Below are positions 49,916 through 60,502 of a stretch of DNA of 64,000 nt, one piece after another; position 1 is the first letter of the stretch, and each line of letters begins with the position of its first letter. A program made the position numbers and the translations under genes. The DNA comes from Alkalispirochaeta sp. (GTDB taxonomy: Bacteria; Spirochaetota; Spirochaetia; DSM-27196; Alkalispirochaetaceae): NCBI GenBank assembly GCA_965601925.1, contig OZ271854.1:416001-480000 (forward strand), read 5' to 3'. The notes beneath the pieces are model-generated. The model saw nothing but the letters and a program-made list of their open reading frames with translations. It searched no databases and had not been told where the DNA came from.

Positions 49916-51298
49916 ATGGAACGACTCCTTCTTACATTGTCGCATCGCGTGCGGCGCTATGTGCTGCTCATCCGTAGCGTATCCGCGGTTCTCCTCCGTC
50001 ATTCCTCGGGGAGTCTTGCCGACCGTCAGCGACGTTACTTCCGATCGCGCATGAGGGTCCTGCACCGCCGGGCATCGCGTTATGAGATGACCGATATTAC
50101 CAGACTCGACCGCGACGCTGGAGATACGGCGGCACGAACGTTCGATCGCGGCGCGGTATGGGAAATACGCCTCACCGGGCCGCGGGGCATTCGTCATTCG
50201 GTAGGTGACACGTTGCTTTTACGATGGTCGAACCCGCCGCACCTCGTCGACGAGATCATCGGCATTTTGCAATGCGCCGATACTCGACGCTATCCGATCA
50301 TCACCCACTCCAGCGTCTTTCAGCCGGGCCGACTACGGTACGCACGACTCAGACGCATCCTGGAAGAGGATATCGAGCTCCGGGTGGCCGGGCCTCAGCT
50401 GCTCGATCGTCTCGGATACGGTGCGTCACACCCGCTTGGCGGTAACGGACTCGACCGTCTCGCCCCGCAGCACGTAGGGGACGGTCGCGGTGTCTCCCTG
50501 ACCGCTACGCTGCGGAGTGCGACACCACCGATCGGCCCACGCGAGCTACTTCGCCTCCAACCGCGAACCACGGCACGAGCGTACTCCCTCAGTCGCGTGG
50601 AGCGCGGTGGACGCCTTTTCGGACGGGACCGAGTGGAGATTATCGTGAGCGCCGCAGAGACGAAAGTAAAGGAGCCCGACGGCGCCATCGTACCGGCCGA
50701 CGGTCGTGCAACGGCTTTTGTACGCCGTCTACACGAAAACGCTCAGCCGCGTATCGTCCACGCGTGGAGCCTGCGCCACCCGTGGCGCTTGGACACACAG
50801 CAGTCCGAGCGGTTGGTTATCATCGTTACCGGAACGGGGATCGCTGGCGCACTCGCATGGCTGCGGGAGCGTACAATGCACGGCACGGGAGCGACGCCTA
50901 CATCGGTGTGGCTTATCTTCGGCGTGCGCGCATGGAGCCGCTACGGCCTGTACCAGGAGGAACTCCTCGACTACCGCCGCCGCTCTATAATCGACGAGAT
51001 GGACATCGCACAGTCCCGCAGTGAGGTCGAGGAGCCGAGCGTAACGGATGCCGGGGCGCGGCTTCACCATTGCACTCGCGTTACCGACGTTGTGGCGCGC
51101 CGGCGGGAGACGTTCACCGAGTGGCTCGCAGCGGGCGCTGCGCTGTACGTATCGGGTACACGCGCCATGGGTTCGGCCGTGCGACGCGAAATAGTCTCCG
51201 CCGCCGTTCACGCCGGCTTGGCGCGCGAAGCCGACGATGCACAGCGGCATATTACCGCTTGGGAAGAGGACGGCCGGGCTCAGTTCTCGATATCCTGA
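49916..51298 (+). CDS. FAD/NAD(P)-binding oxidoreductase resembling CysJ/P450 reductase without the FMN domain
   Basis: RAYSLS, GRATAF, TGTGIA, LIFGVR, LYVSG...MG. Confidence 0.72.
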   Translation: MERLLLTLSHRVRRYVLLIRSVSAVLLRHSSGSLADRQRRYFRSRMRVLHRRASRYEMTDITRLDRDAGDTAARTFDRGAVWEIRLTGPRGIRHSVGDTLLLRWSNPPHLVDEIIGILQCADTRRYPIITHSSVFQPGRLRYARLRRILEEDIELRVAGPQLLDRLGYGASHPLGGNGLDRLAPQHVGDGRGVSLTATLRSATPPIGPRELLRLQPRTTARAYSLSRVERGGRLFGRDRVEIIVSAAETKVKEPDGAIVPADGRATAFVRRLHENAQPRIVHAWSLRHPWRLDTQQSERLVIIVTGTGIAGALAWLRERTMHGTGATPTSVWLIFGVRAWSRYGLYQEELLDYRRRSIIDEMDIAQSRSEVEEPSVTDAGARLHHCTRVTDVVARRRETFTEWLAAGAALYVSGTRAMGSAVRREIVSAAVHAGLAREADDAQRHITAWEEDGRAQFSIS

Positions 51299-51506
51299 TC
51301 CCTGGTTTTCACACCGGGATCAAATTGGAGGACGGGCTCGGTACGTCGCGCTATCGGCGATCGGCAGGCGGACTCAACACGACCAGCTCCGAAAATATAC
51401 CGAACGATATACAGCCACCTCGCGACGAAGGCGGTATCTTTATTATCGCAGAACAAAAACTTATTGATTTGGTCGGGTATTCGAAACGCTGATCGAGGTA
51501 GGAGAC

Positions 51507-54299
51507 GTGGTACGAAAGAACGTACTGCAGGCTGCGGTAGCGGCAAGCGTCGCTCTCTTTTTGTCGGCCGGTTGTATACAACCGTTCGGGTTCTCCCCCG
51601 AAGCGCTGCAAGCCACCGCTCAAGAAGAGCTCCCCCAGGTTGAAGCACCCCTCTTTGCTATCGCCCCGGGCGTATACAATCGCGATCTATCGTTGTCACT
51701 CTCCACACCGACCGCGGAGGCGACGATCCATGTAACGACGGACGGCACGACACCGACCGAGTCGTCGCCGGTATACACCGGTCCGATACCCATCACGGGA
51801 CACGAAACGACCGTCACGATACAAGCGATAGCCGCCAAAGAGGACATGCGCCCAAGCGATGTAGCGAGCGCGACCTATACGATCAACTACAACGCGGTAA
51901 ATCCCCCGACCTTTTCGGTGCTGCCGGGAACCTACAATACCGATCAGTTCGTCTCCATCGTGAGCGATGAGCCGGTGGCGACGATCTTCTACACCACCGA
52001 CGGCACCGATCCCGATCCCGCAGACCCGTCGCAGATCTACGGCGGTCCGATTCCGGTCGTCGGCCACGATACGATCGTCACCATCAACGCGATCGCCGTT
52101 GCGCCCCAAGCGCTCCCCAGCACCGTGGCGAGCGCGACCTACACCATCAACTACAACGCGGTAAATCCCCCGACCTTTTCGGTGCTGCCGGGAACCTACA
52201 ATACCGATCAGTCCGTCTCCATCGAGAGCGATGAGCCGGCGGCGACGATCTTCTACACCACCGACGGCACCGATCCCGATCCCGCAGACCCGTCGCAGAT
52301 CTACGGCGGTCCGATTCCGGTCGTCGGCCACGATACGATCGTCACCATCAACGCAATCGCCGTTGCGCCCCAAACGCTCCCCAGCACCGTGGCGAGCGCG
52401 ACCTACACCATTAACTACGACGCGGCAAATGCTCCCTCTTTTAGCCTCGCTCCCGGCACCTACGACACCGACCAAAGTGTAACGATCACCAACAACGATC
52501 CCGATGCGACGATCTACTACACCACCGACGGGTCCGATCCCGATACAAACGATCCGTCGCAGATCTACGGCGGGGAGACGATATCGGTCGCCGGTCATAA
52601 CACAACTGTTACGATTATCGCCACTGCGACCGCGCCGCAAAAGCAACCCGCCACGGTGACCGGCACCTACTCGATCGTTTGGAACACCGTCGCGACGCCG
52701 ATCTTCCAAACGAGCGCGGCGCCGACGTACGACAACGCAATCTCGGTCTCCATCTCCATGTCGACCGCGGGAGCGACCATCCACTACACCACCGACGGCT
52801 CACCGCCTACGGCGTCATCGACGCAGTACGGGGGGCCCATCGCGGTCGATGGGACGACTACCATTCGGGCGATCGGTGTTCGCTCGGGGTACGTCGACTC
52901 GGCCGGCGCGACTGCAACCTACAATTTCAAGACGGCGCCGGTGTCGATAAATACCTCCGGAGGAACATTCAACAACGCCGTCGCCGGTGTGGAGCTCTCG
53001 ACAAATACGAGCGGCGCCACGATCCACTACACGACCGACGGCTCCACGCCCACGCCGTCATCGACGCAATACGGCGGCCCACTCACGATAACCTCGACGC
53101 AAACACTCCGAGCAATCGCCGTCAAGACCGACTACGCCGACTCCAATGTGGCGAGCGAAACGTACACCTTGGTGGTAGCCGACGTGTTCTTCAGCATCAC
53201 CGGTGGAACCTTCGACAACGACATCAACACCATAACGCTGTGGACGGAGACGAACGACGCAACGATCTACTACACCACCGACGGCAGTTTTCCAAACCCG
53301 GCAACGTCCGACGTCTACAGCGCGCCGTTGTCGGTCACATCGAGTCAAACGATCAGCACCATCGCGGTCAAGAACGGGTATACCGATTCCAACGAAGTGT
53401 TCAACGAGTACACGATGGAGGTCGCCCCGGTCACTTTCACCCCGAACGGCGGCACCTACAATAACGATCTGGCCGCCGTAACGCTCTCTACCAACACAAC
53501 CGACGCAACGATCCACTACACTACGGACAACACTACGCCCACGACGGGATCGCCGATATACGGCGCCCCGTTGTCCGTCACATCGGATCAGACGATCCGC
53601 GCCATCGCCGTTAAGAACGGATATGCGGGTACGGGTGTGTTCACCGCATCATATGCGTTTCAAGTCGCGGAGGTCGATTTCAGCGTCGCACCGGGGAGTT
53701 ACACGCAATCGTTTAATGTAGCACTCACGACGACGACAACCGGAGCCGCCGTTCACTATACCCTCGACGGCTCCGAGCCGACGGCGAGCTCACCGACATA
53801 CTCCGGATCGATTCCCATCCAAGAGACGACGACATTGCGAGCGCGCGCATTCAGGAACGGATACACGGCCGGCCCGATAAGTACGGCCGCCTACACGCTC
53901 GATACGCCGTATCACAACACCACCTTCGCCGATGTGCAGCAGGCGCAGGATGCCGGACAGTTGAACACGACACCGACAGACAACAGCGGGGCCAACCGAC
54001 TGCCGTTAGGCACGGTCTTCTATATCAGCACCGATCAAGGCAGGCTGGTCAAGCTCGTGCTGCGAGAAGATAAGGGAGACGGGTACTGGTACGATCTCAT
54101 TGCGTATAACAACGACGGTTCGGTATTTCAGCACCGCGTGCGGAACTTCATCAACCCGAACAACTCCGTCGACGCCGACTTTGGATTCACCTACGAGGGG
54201 ACGGGAACGGGAGAGTTCGCTCTGACGGCGGCGGACGGTACACCACCAACGAGCTTCATACCGATAAACGGGGCGACAATGCTCGTTATCCGCCCGTGA
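51507..54299 (+). CDS. surface lipoprotein with nine chitobiase/beta-hexosaminidase C-terminal (FN3-associated)-like domains
   Basis: LSAGC lipobox; nine I[HFY][YV]T[TL]D[GN]-type units. Confidence 0.88.
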   Translation: MVRKNVLQAAVAASVALFLSAGCIQPFGFSPEALQATAQEELPQVEAPLFAIAPGVYNRDLSLSLSTPTAEATIHVTTDGTTPTESSPVYTGPIPITGHETTVTIQAIAAKEDMRPSDVASATYTINYNAVNPPTFSVLPGTYNTDQFVSIVSDEPVATIFYTTDGTDPDPADPSQIYGGPIPVVGHDTIVTINAIAVAPQALPSTVASATYTINYNAVNPPTFSVLPGTYNTDQSVSIESDEPAATIFYTTDGTDPDPADPSQIYGGPIPVVGHDTIVTINAIAVAPQTLPSTVASATYTINYDAANAPSFSLAPGTYDTDQSVTITNNDPDATIYYTTDGSDPDTNDPSQIYGGETISVAGHNTTVTIIATATAPQKQPATVTGTYSIVWNTVATPIFQTSAAPTYDNAISVSISMSTAGATIHYTTDGSPPTASSTQYGGPIAVDGTTTIRAIGVRSGYVDSAGATATYNFKTAPVSINTSGGTFNNAVAGVELSTNTSGATIHYTTDGSTPTPSSTQYGGPLTITSTQTLRAIAVKTDYADSNVASETYTLVVADVFFSITGGTFDNDINTITLWTETNDATIYYTTDGSFPNPATSDVYSAPLSVTSSQTISTIAVKNGYTDSNEVFNEYTMEVAPVTFTPNGGTYNNDLAAVTLSTNTTDATIHYTTDNTTPTTGSPIYGAPLSVTSDQTIRAIAVKNGYAGTGVFTASYAFQVAEVDFSVAPGSYTQSFNVALTTTTTGAAVHYTLDGSEPTASSPTYSGSIPIQETTTLRARAFRNGYTAGPISTAAYTLDTPYHNTTFADVQQAQDAGQLNTTPTDNSGANRLPLGTVFYISTDQGRLVKLVLREDKGDGYWYDLIAYNNDGSVFQHRVRNFINPNNSVDADFGFTYEGTGTGEFALTAADGTPPTSFIPINGATMLVIRP
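51864..52425 (+). repeat. 264-bp in-frame tandem duplication
   Basis: GCGAGCGCGACCTA recurs at 51864, 52128 and 52392 with near-identical intervening DNA. Confidence 0.93.
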
Positions 54300-54422
54300 G
54301 CACGCGGCGGCCGTCGCTTCAGGTCGGTTCGTAGTGCGGCGTGTTGCCCGCCGGCTTTGAGCGATCACAAACCTCGCTCCACCCCCTATCCCAACCGGCC
54401 CGATCCCGGATAGCTTCCCTCC

Positions 54423-56255
54423 ATGCACAAAGATGCCGCCAACCAACGCTTGCGCAACATCGCGATCATCGCCCACGTCGACCACGGAAAGACGACCCTG
54501 GTAGACGCCCTCTTTCGCCAATCCGGCGTCTTTCGCCACGGGCAGGAGGCGGCGGAGCGCCTCATGGACAGTATGGACCTGGAGCGGGAGCGCGGCATTA
54601 CCATCGCCGCCAAAAACGGCGCCATCTCCTGGAAGGGTATCAAGATAAACATCCTGGATACGCCGGGACACGCCGACTTCGGCGGGGAAGTGGAACGGGC
54701 GCTCTCTATGGTGGACGGCGTGTTGTTACTCGTCGACGCCTCGGAGGGGCCGTTGCCCCAGACACGCTTCGTCCTGGACAAGGCGCTACGCGCATCGCTC
54801 CACGTGGTAATCGTGATCAACAAGATCGACCGTTCCGATGCGCGTCCCCTGGAAGTACTCGATGAAATCTACGATCTCCTCATCGACCTGGACGCGGGAG
54901 AAGAACAGCTGGACTGCCCCGTGCTCTTCGCCGACGGCAGAAGCGGCATCGCCAAAAAGAGTCTGGAGGAGGAGTCGGATAACCTGCATGCGCTCATGGA
55001 TACGATCGTGGAGGAGGTTCCGCCCCCGGTCTACAACTCGTCGGAGCCGTTTCAGATGTTGGTGTCCGACCTCTCCTACTCGGACTTTCTGGGACGTTTG
55101 GCGGTCGGCAAAGTGATCCACGGCTCGGCCAGGAGTCGCGAATCGTTGGTGTGCTTGGGCGAGCACGAACGACAGACCAATCTCAGCGTTACCCGTCTGC
55201 AGACCCACGAGGGTCCGTCATTGAGGGATGCGGAGGTCGCATCGCCCGGCGATATCGTGGTGCTTGCCGGCGTGGAGGACGTGCATATCGGCGATACCAT
55301 CTGCGCCAAGACCGCACCCAAGGCGCTTCCCCGCATCACGGTGGACGAACCCACGGTATCCATGCTCTTTGCTCCCAATACCTCGCCTCTGTTAGGACGC
55401 GAGGGGAAGATCGTCCAGTCGAGCAAAATCTACGAACGTCTCAAGAAAGAGACGATGCTCAACGTCTCCATCCAAGTCGAGGAGACCGCGAGCAAAGAGG
55501 GGTTCATCGTCAAGGGGCGCGGAGAGTTTCAGATGGTCATCCTCCTGGAGACGATGCGTCGCGAGGGCTTTGAGCTCAATGTCGGGCGCCCCAAGGTGAT
55601 CTTTCGCACCGAAAACGGCAAGACACTAGAGCCGATCGAGCATCTGTTCCTGGAGTGCGACGAGAGCTTCACCGGCGTGGTGACCGAGAAGCTCTCCAAG
55701 CGCAAGGGACGTATGCTCAGCTACGAGATTCACAAAGGCAACCGCGCGAGGTTGGAGTTCAGCGTGCCGTCCCGAAGCTTGTTGGGATATCGCGACGAGT
55801 TCCTCACCGACACGCGCGGTACCGGAATCATCAACTCGTCGCTTCTCGGGTATGAACCGCATCGCGGCGAGTTTCTGAATCGCTTTACCGGCTCTCTCGT
55901 GGCCGACAGATCGGGAGAGGCGGTACCGTATGCGCTCTTTAACTTGGAGCCCCGCGGTCAACTGTTCATCGCCCCGGGCGAGCCGGTCTACGAAGGGATG
56001 ATCGTCGGCGAACACAACAGAGAGAACGACCTCAACGTCAATCCGTGCAAGACCAAAAAACTCACCAATATGCGCGCCGCCGGCAAGGACGACGCGGTGG
56101 TCCTCACCCCGATTCTTCCCATGACTCTGGAGCGAGCCATCCAGTTCATTCGCGACGACGAGATGGTGGAGGTAACGCCGGAGTCCATCCGCCTACGCAA
56201 GGTGTACCTCGCCGCGCACCATCGTAAGGCTGACTTACGCAAACAGTCGGTGTAA
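54423..56255 (+). CDS. typA: translational GTPase TypA/BipA
   Basis: RNIAIIAHVDHGKTT, DTPGHADFGGE, KKLTNMRA, EVTPESIRLRK. Confidence 0.97.
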   Translation: MHKDAANQRLRNIAIIAHVDHGKTTLVDALFRQSGVFRHGQEAAERLMDSMDLERERGITIAAKNGAISWKGIKINILDTPGHADFGGEVERALSMVDGVLLLVDASEGPLPQTRFVLDKALRASLHVVIVINKIDRSDARPLEVLDEIYDLLIDLDAGEEQLDCPVLFADGRSGIAKKSLEEESDNLHALMDTIVEEVPPPVYNSSEPFQMLVSDLSYSDFLGRLAVGKVIHGSARSRESLVCLGEHERQTNLSVTRLQTHEGPSLRDAEVASPGDIVVLAGVEDVHIGDTICAKTAPKALPRITVDEPTVSMLFAPNTSPLLGREGKIVQSSKIYERLKKETMLNVSIQVEETASKEGFIVKGRGEFQMVILLETMRREGFELNVGRPKVIFRTENGKTLEPIEHLFLECDESFTGVVTEKLSKRKGRMLSYEIHKGNRARLEFSVPSRSLLGYRDEFLTDTRGTGIINSSLLGYEPHRGEFLNRFTGSLVADRSGEAVPYALFNLEPRGQLFIAPGEPVYEGMIVGEHNRENDLNVNPCKTKKLTNMRAAGKDDAVVLTPILPMTLERAIQFIRDDEMVEVTPESIRLRKVYLAAHHRKADLRKQSV

Positions 56256-56393
56256 AATACCGTAAGGAGATATTCATCTCCCCTATGTAAGACGATTTTC
56301 AGCGTCAAAAATATATCGAACGATATATAGCCGGTGTAAACGGCCGCGAATATGCTCACCCACACGGATCGCGGCCGGTCGGAGAAATACGCT

Positions 56394-58052
56394 ATGAAAA
56401 TCTGGCTGAAGGTAGTCTTTGTCGTCTTACCCATCCTCTTCACGACGCTCGTCATCGGCGGCATATCGTCCTTTTTCGTGGCCGTGAACGGGGTCAATCG
56501 CGTTACCACCGAGTTCCTCGACTTCAAGGTCTCGGAGCTGGAGCGTCACATGGCGAGCGAGTGGGACCTGTTGGCTCAGAACGGACTAACCGGTAATCCC
56601 GTGATGGTACAGGCGACACAGGCCGGTATCGAGGTATACGCACGCTCGCTCGTGCGCGGCGAGTCGGAGCTCATCCTCGCCGTCGACCCCGATCTTCGGG
56701 TGGTGATGGCGACCGACGATATCGCCCTGGAAGACGAAGAACGCGATCGACTCGCGGAGGTGATCGGCAACGCCGAGCGCGGCTTACAAAGCGTTACGAT
56801 CGCCGAGATCGAGCGCGTGGCGATGAGCTTCTCGTTCGAGCCGTTCGGATGGTTTGTCTTCGTCTCCGAGGGACGAGACGCCTTCTACACCTACCTCAAC
56901 CGGATAACCGTACAGACCATCATACTTATTCTGGGAGGATCGACATTCTCGATTCTGCTGATTCTCTTCTTTGTACGGTTTACCATGCAGCCTCTCTCCC
57001 GTATGGCAGCGGCAATGAAGACGATCATTTCGTCCAACGACCTGAGCGAGCGTGTCGAGGTGGAGCACGACGACGAGATAGGCCAGGTATCACACACCTT
57101 CAACATCATGATCGGAGAGCTGGACAAAGCGTACAACACGATCAAGCAGTACGCCTTTGAGGCGGTAGTCGCGCAGAAGAAAGAGATGAAGATCCGCAAC
57201 ATTTTCCAGAAGTACGTTCCCCAGGAGCTCATCGATCGCTTTTTCGTCAATCCGGACGCGATGTTGGTCGGCGAAAATCGCGAGATCGCCGTGCTCTTCT
57301 CCGATATTCGGTCGTTCACGACGATATCCGAGCGCATGAGCCCCGACGATCTGGTGAACTCGCTCAACCGCTACTTCTCGGTGATGGTCGATATCATCAT
57401 GAATCGCAACGGCGTGGTGGATAAGTACATCGGCGACGCCATTATGGCGATATTCGGCGCGCCTGTGCGCCACGACGACGACCCGTTGCAATCGGTGCGG
57501 GCCGGCATGGAGATGGTCGACGCGGTCAAAGTCTTCAATCAAGAGCAGCTCCGTACGGGCAAGCCGGAATTCCGTATCGGAGTCGGGATTGCATACGGTG
57601 AGGTTACCGTCGGGAACATCGGCACCGAGCGCAAGATGGACTACACCGTCATCGGCGACATGGTCAACCTCGCCTCGCGTCTGGAAGGTCTCACGAAGCT
57701 GTATCGCCAAGATTTGATCATCTCCGAGAGCTTGTACGAGGAGGTGAAGAACGAGATCCCGTGTCGCCTCATCGACGCGGTGGCGGTCAAAGGGAAACAT
57801 CAGAGCGTGCGGATTTATACGGCCCACGGAGCGCTCTCCGCCGAGGAGGAGCGCGCCCTCAAACTCCACAACGAGGGCATGGAGCTCTATTTCAACCGGG
57901 AGTTCAACGGGTGTGTGGAGAAGTTCGACGAGATAGAGGCTCTCGGCAAGAGCGAGCACGTCAATGAGCTCATGCTGCAACGGTGCCGGACCTATGAGAA
58001 CGATCCGCCCCCCAGCGACTGGGACGGCGTGGAGATCATAAAGAGCAAGTAG
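56394..58052 (+). CDS. membrane-bound HAMP class III adenylate cyclase
   Basis: Two TM helices, HAMP, FSDIRSFT, KYIGD, DYTVIGDMVNLASRLE (K/D indicate ATP specificity). Confidence 0.93.
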   Translation: MKIWLKVVFVVLPILFTTLVIGGISSFFVAVNGVNRVTTEFLDFKVSELERHMASEWDLLAQNGLTGNPVMVQATQAGIEVYARSLVRGESELILAVDPDLRVVMATDDIALEDEERDRLAEVIGNAERGLQSVTIAEIERVAMSFSFEPFGWFVFVSEGRDAFYTYLNRITVQTIILILGGSTFSILLILFFVRFTMQPLSRMAAAMKTIISSNDLSERVEVEHDDEIGQVSHTFNIMIGELDKAYNTIKQYAFEAVVAQKKEMKIRNIFQKYVPQELIDRFFVNPDAMLVGENREIAVLFSDIRSFTTISERMSPDDLVNSLNRYFSVMVDIIMNRNGVVDKYIGDAIMAIFGAPVRHDDDPLQSVRAGMEMVDAVKVFNQEQLRTGKPEFRIGVGIAYGEVTVGNIGTERKMDYTVIGDMVNLASRLEGLTKLYRQDLIISESLYEEVKNEIPCRLIDAVAVKGKHQSVRIYTAHGALSAEEERALKLHNEGMELYFNREFNGCVEKFDEIEALGKSEHVNELMLQRCRTYENDPPPSDWDGVEIIKSK

Positions 58053-58059
58053 CGTGGCG

Positions 58060-59247
58060 ATGAAAGCGCACACGACGATGATGACCATGGCGTGCCTCAT
58101 GGCGTGGCCGCATGGGGCTGTATACGCGCAGGAGACGGCGAGTACGCGCCCTACGGCCGTCATCCACATTGACGATTTCTCGCCGGCCGCGGGAGAAGGT
58201 GCTACGAGGGAGATCGTGTTGTCGGCGCTCCGCGATCTGTTGCAGACCCTCGGGTTCGATTCGGTCGACCGCTCGATGGGAGCGGCCGACGATGCGGAGC
58301 TCTCCCGGACGGCGGCACTGGCCGACGCCGGGGCGATCGGAGCCGACGTAGCGGTTACGGGCTTTTTCCGTCAGACGGAACGGGAGGTGTTGATTAACCT
58401 GAAGGTCCACGATGTCGAACAGGGAGTCGTACTGGCGAGCCTCTTGGACCGGGGTCGCCCCGGGCTCGCATTCTACAACGCCCTCCCGTCGACGATAGAA
58501 GGTTTGCGACCCGCTCTGGAAGCGTTTTTGGACGACCGTTACGTGTACATCCCTTCCGAGACCGAGGTGCGGAAGATCACGCTCCGTTCGCGCGATGACG
58601 GCGCACGAGTATACTTTGCCGACCGTTTCGTGGGGTCGATATCGGGGGGCGAGTTGGTCGTGCCGTTTACTCCGTTCGAGATAGGCTCCGTCGTCACACT
58701 CCGTATGACACAGCCGGACTATCACGATCTGCACGCCGATATCCTCCTGGACTCGCGAGCCGTCGTCGTGACGTTACGTCCTATGACGCCGCAAACCTCG
58801 GTCGCGGCGACGTTCTCTTGGGAGTTGGACCGTGTTCTCGGTGTCGGCGCGGGAATACGCGCCTACCTTAGCCCGGACGAGACCTTCGGGGAGTTACAGC
58901 TCAACACGAGTGCCGACCCATTCGAGGGATACACGCGCACCGATGCGGCACTCGTCCTCGGACGGTACGCTTTTTTTGCCCCGACCTCGCCGATACGATT
59001 GTATCTGTCGGCGGGGGCCGGTTTTCTATGGTCGGTACCGATCGACGGATCGGGAGAGCGGTTCAGCGATTGGTATTTGTCGATCGCCAATCCGACGATC
59101 GAGTTCACGGTGCGCGGGCGGCGCCTCTTTGCCGGCGCGGAGTTGCGCTACAATCTCGGCGTACCGTCCGGTTATTGGAGTCGCACGTGGCTATTCATCG
59201 GCGACGCCGTTCCGCCGTTTATAGTGGGGACCGTGTTCACATGGTGA
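58060..59247 (+). CDS. exported hypothetical protein, possible C-terminal beta-barrel
   Basis: Signal peptide; amphipathic beta strands ending GTVFTW; start uncertain. Confidence 0.72.
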   Translation: MKAHTTMMTMACLMAWPHGAVYAQETASTRPTAVIHIDDFSPAAGEGATREIVLSALRDLLQTLGFDSVDRSMGAADDAELSRTAALADAGAIGADVAVTGFFRQTEREVLINLKVHDVEQGVVLASLLDRGRPGLAFYNALPSTIEGLRPALEAFLDDRYVYIPSETEVRKITLRSRDDGARVYFADRFVGSISGGELVVPFTPFEIGSVVTLRMTQPDYHDLHADILLDSRAVVVTLRPMTPQTSVAATFSWELDRVLGVGAGIRAYLSPDETFGELQLNTSADPFEGYTRTDAALVLGRYAFFAPTSPIRLYLSAGAGFLWSVPIDGSGERFSDWYLSIANPTIEFTVRGRRLFAGAELRYNLGVPSGYWSRTWLFIGDAVPPFIVGTVFTW

Positions 59248-60491
59248 AACCGTTCTGCATACTGCTATCGGTCGCGACGGGCCTCCTCGGCGCATACGCA
59301 CAAATCGGCGCAGTACCGGAGGCGGCCGATACCGAACAACGTCGCTCCGTCATATTCTTCGCGGCCGGCGACGACGCCGATTTTACCACCGCCGAGCTTC
59401 GTATCGTGTACGAATCGCTCGTCTCGGCGATACGCCGCGCCGATCCCAACCTGGTCATTCTGGAGCACGACACCTTCGATACCCCGGAGGATCACGAGAG
59501 ACTCTACGCTGCGGCGCTGCGGGAGGGCGCTCACAGCTGGCTCTATGTCGAAGTGACAGGCTCCATGGAGGACGTAGGCGCGCGCGCCTCCTCGTACGAT
59601 ATTCTGCGGGATCGAGGACAAGCACACCTCGGTGACGGCGCCGAACGGGCGGTTCCCTTTCGACTCGTCGATCGACTCTATTGGCAGCCGCTCACCGAAT
59701 CGATGTACGTCTGGAACGATCCGGTAACGCGGCGAGTCGGCGTCACGGTCAACGCTCCGCCCGGTTCGACCATCCACGGCCTGACGGACGAAGCGGTACC
59801 GGTCGGCCCCGCGGGTGAAGTCGTGATACACGTCGAAAACCCGGCAACCTACACCGCCCGGGCCGAGCGCACCGAACACTTTCCCGCCGCCGAGACCTTT
59901 TATGTCGGATACGATTCGGTCGCTATCGATCTCGATCCCATCCCGGTGAGCACGTGGGGTGTCGATCTATCCCTCAACGGCCTGCAATTCCTGGGCGCGC
60001 GCGGGACGTACTACCCCGTGCCGGCGCGAGTATTCGTCCGTGCGGGCATCACCTCATACGCGGTGGGCGTATACTTAATATCGAGCCGGTCCGAGACGGA
60101 GACCCCGGAGCTGTTCGAGTTTAATCCGATGACGCTCCTCTCGGCTCAGGCGGGAGGATATCTCAACGCTCCGGAGCGCCGTATACGCCCCTACGGTGGA
60201 GCGGGAGCGTTCCTTCGCGTCCGTCACGACGGCGATAAGAACGGGCTGGATTCCGTCGCACCCTTCGGTCTGTCCGCGACGATCGGCGTTGAGTACGCTC
60301 CGTTTCTGAGAGTGCGCCTATTTCTGGAGTACGAACCGTTGGTTTATCTACCCGGGTCGGTGGACGATTTTATCGTCGTCTCGTTTCCGCAAGGGTACTA
60401 CGAGGGACGGTCGGTCCCGGGATACATCATCACCGATAATGCGGCGATCGACATGCGGAACACCGCCGTCGGCATCAGAATCTTCCTTTAG
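59241..60491 (+). CDS. exported hypothetical protein, possible C-terminal beta-barrel
   Basis: MVKPFCILLSVATGLLGAYAQ signal; ends VGIRIFL; overlaps the previous stop. Confidence 0.72.
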   Translation: MVKPFCILLSVATGLLGAYAQIGAVPEAADTEQRRSVIFFAAGDDADFTTAELRIVYESLVSAIRRADPNLVILEHDTFDTPEDHERLYAAALREGAHSWLYVEVTGSMEDVGARASSYDILRDRGQAHLGDGAERAVPFRLVDRLYWQPLTESMYVWNDPVTRRVGVTVNAPPGSTIHGLTDEAVPVGPAGEVVIHVENPATYTARAERTEHFPAAETFYVGYDSVAIDLDPIPVSTWGVDLSLNGLQFLGARGTYYPVPARVFVRAGITSYAVGVYLISSRSETETPELFEFNPMTLLSAQAGGYLNAPERRIRPYGGAGAFLRVRHDGDKNGLDSVAPFGLSATIGVEYAPFLRVRLFLEYEPLVYLPGSVDDFIVVSFPQGYYEGRSVPGYIITDNAAIDMRNTAVGIRIFL

Positions 60492-60502
60492 TGTCGCCTC
60501 AT

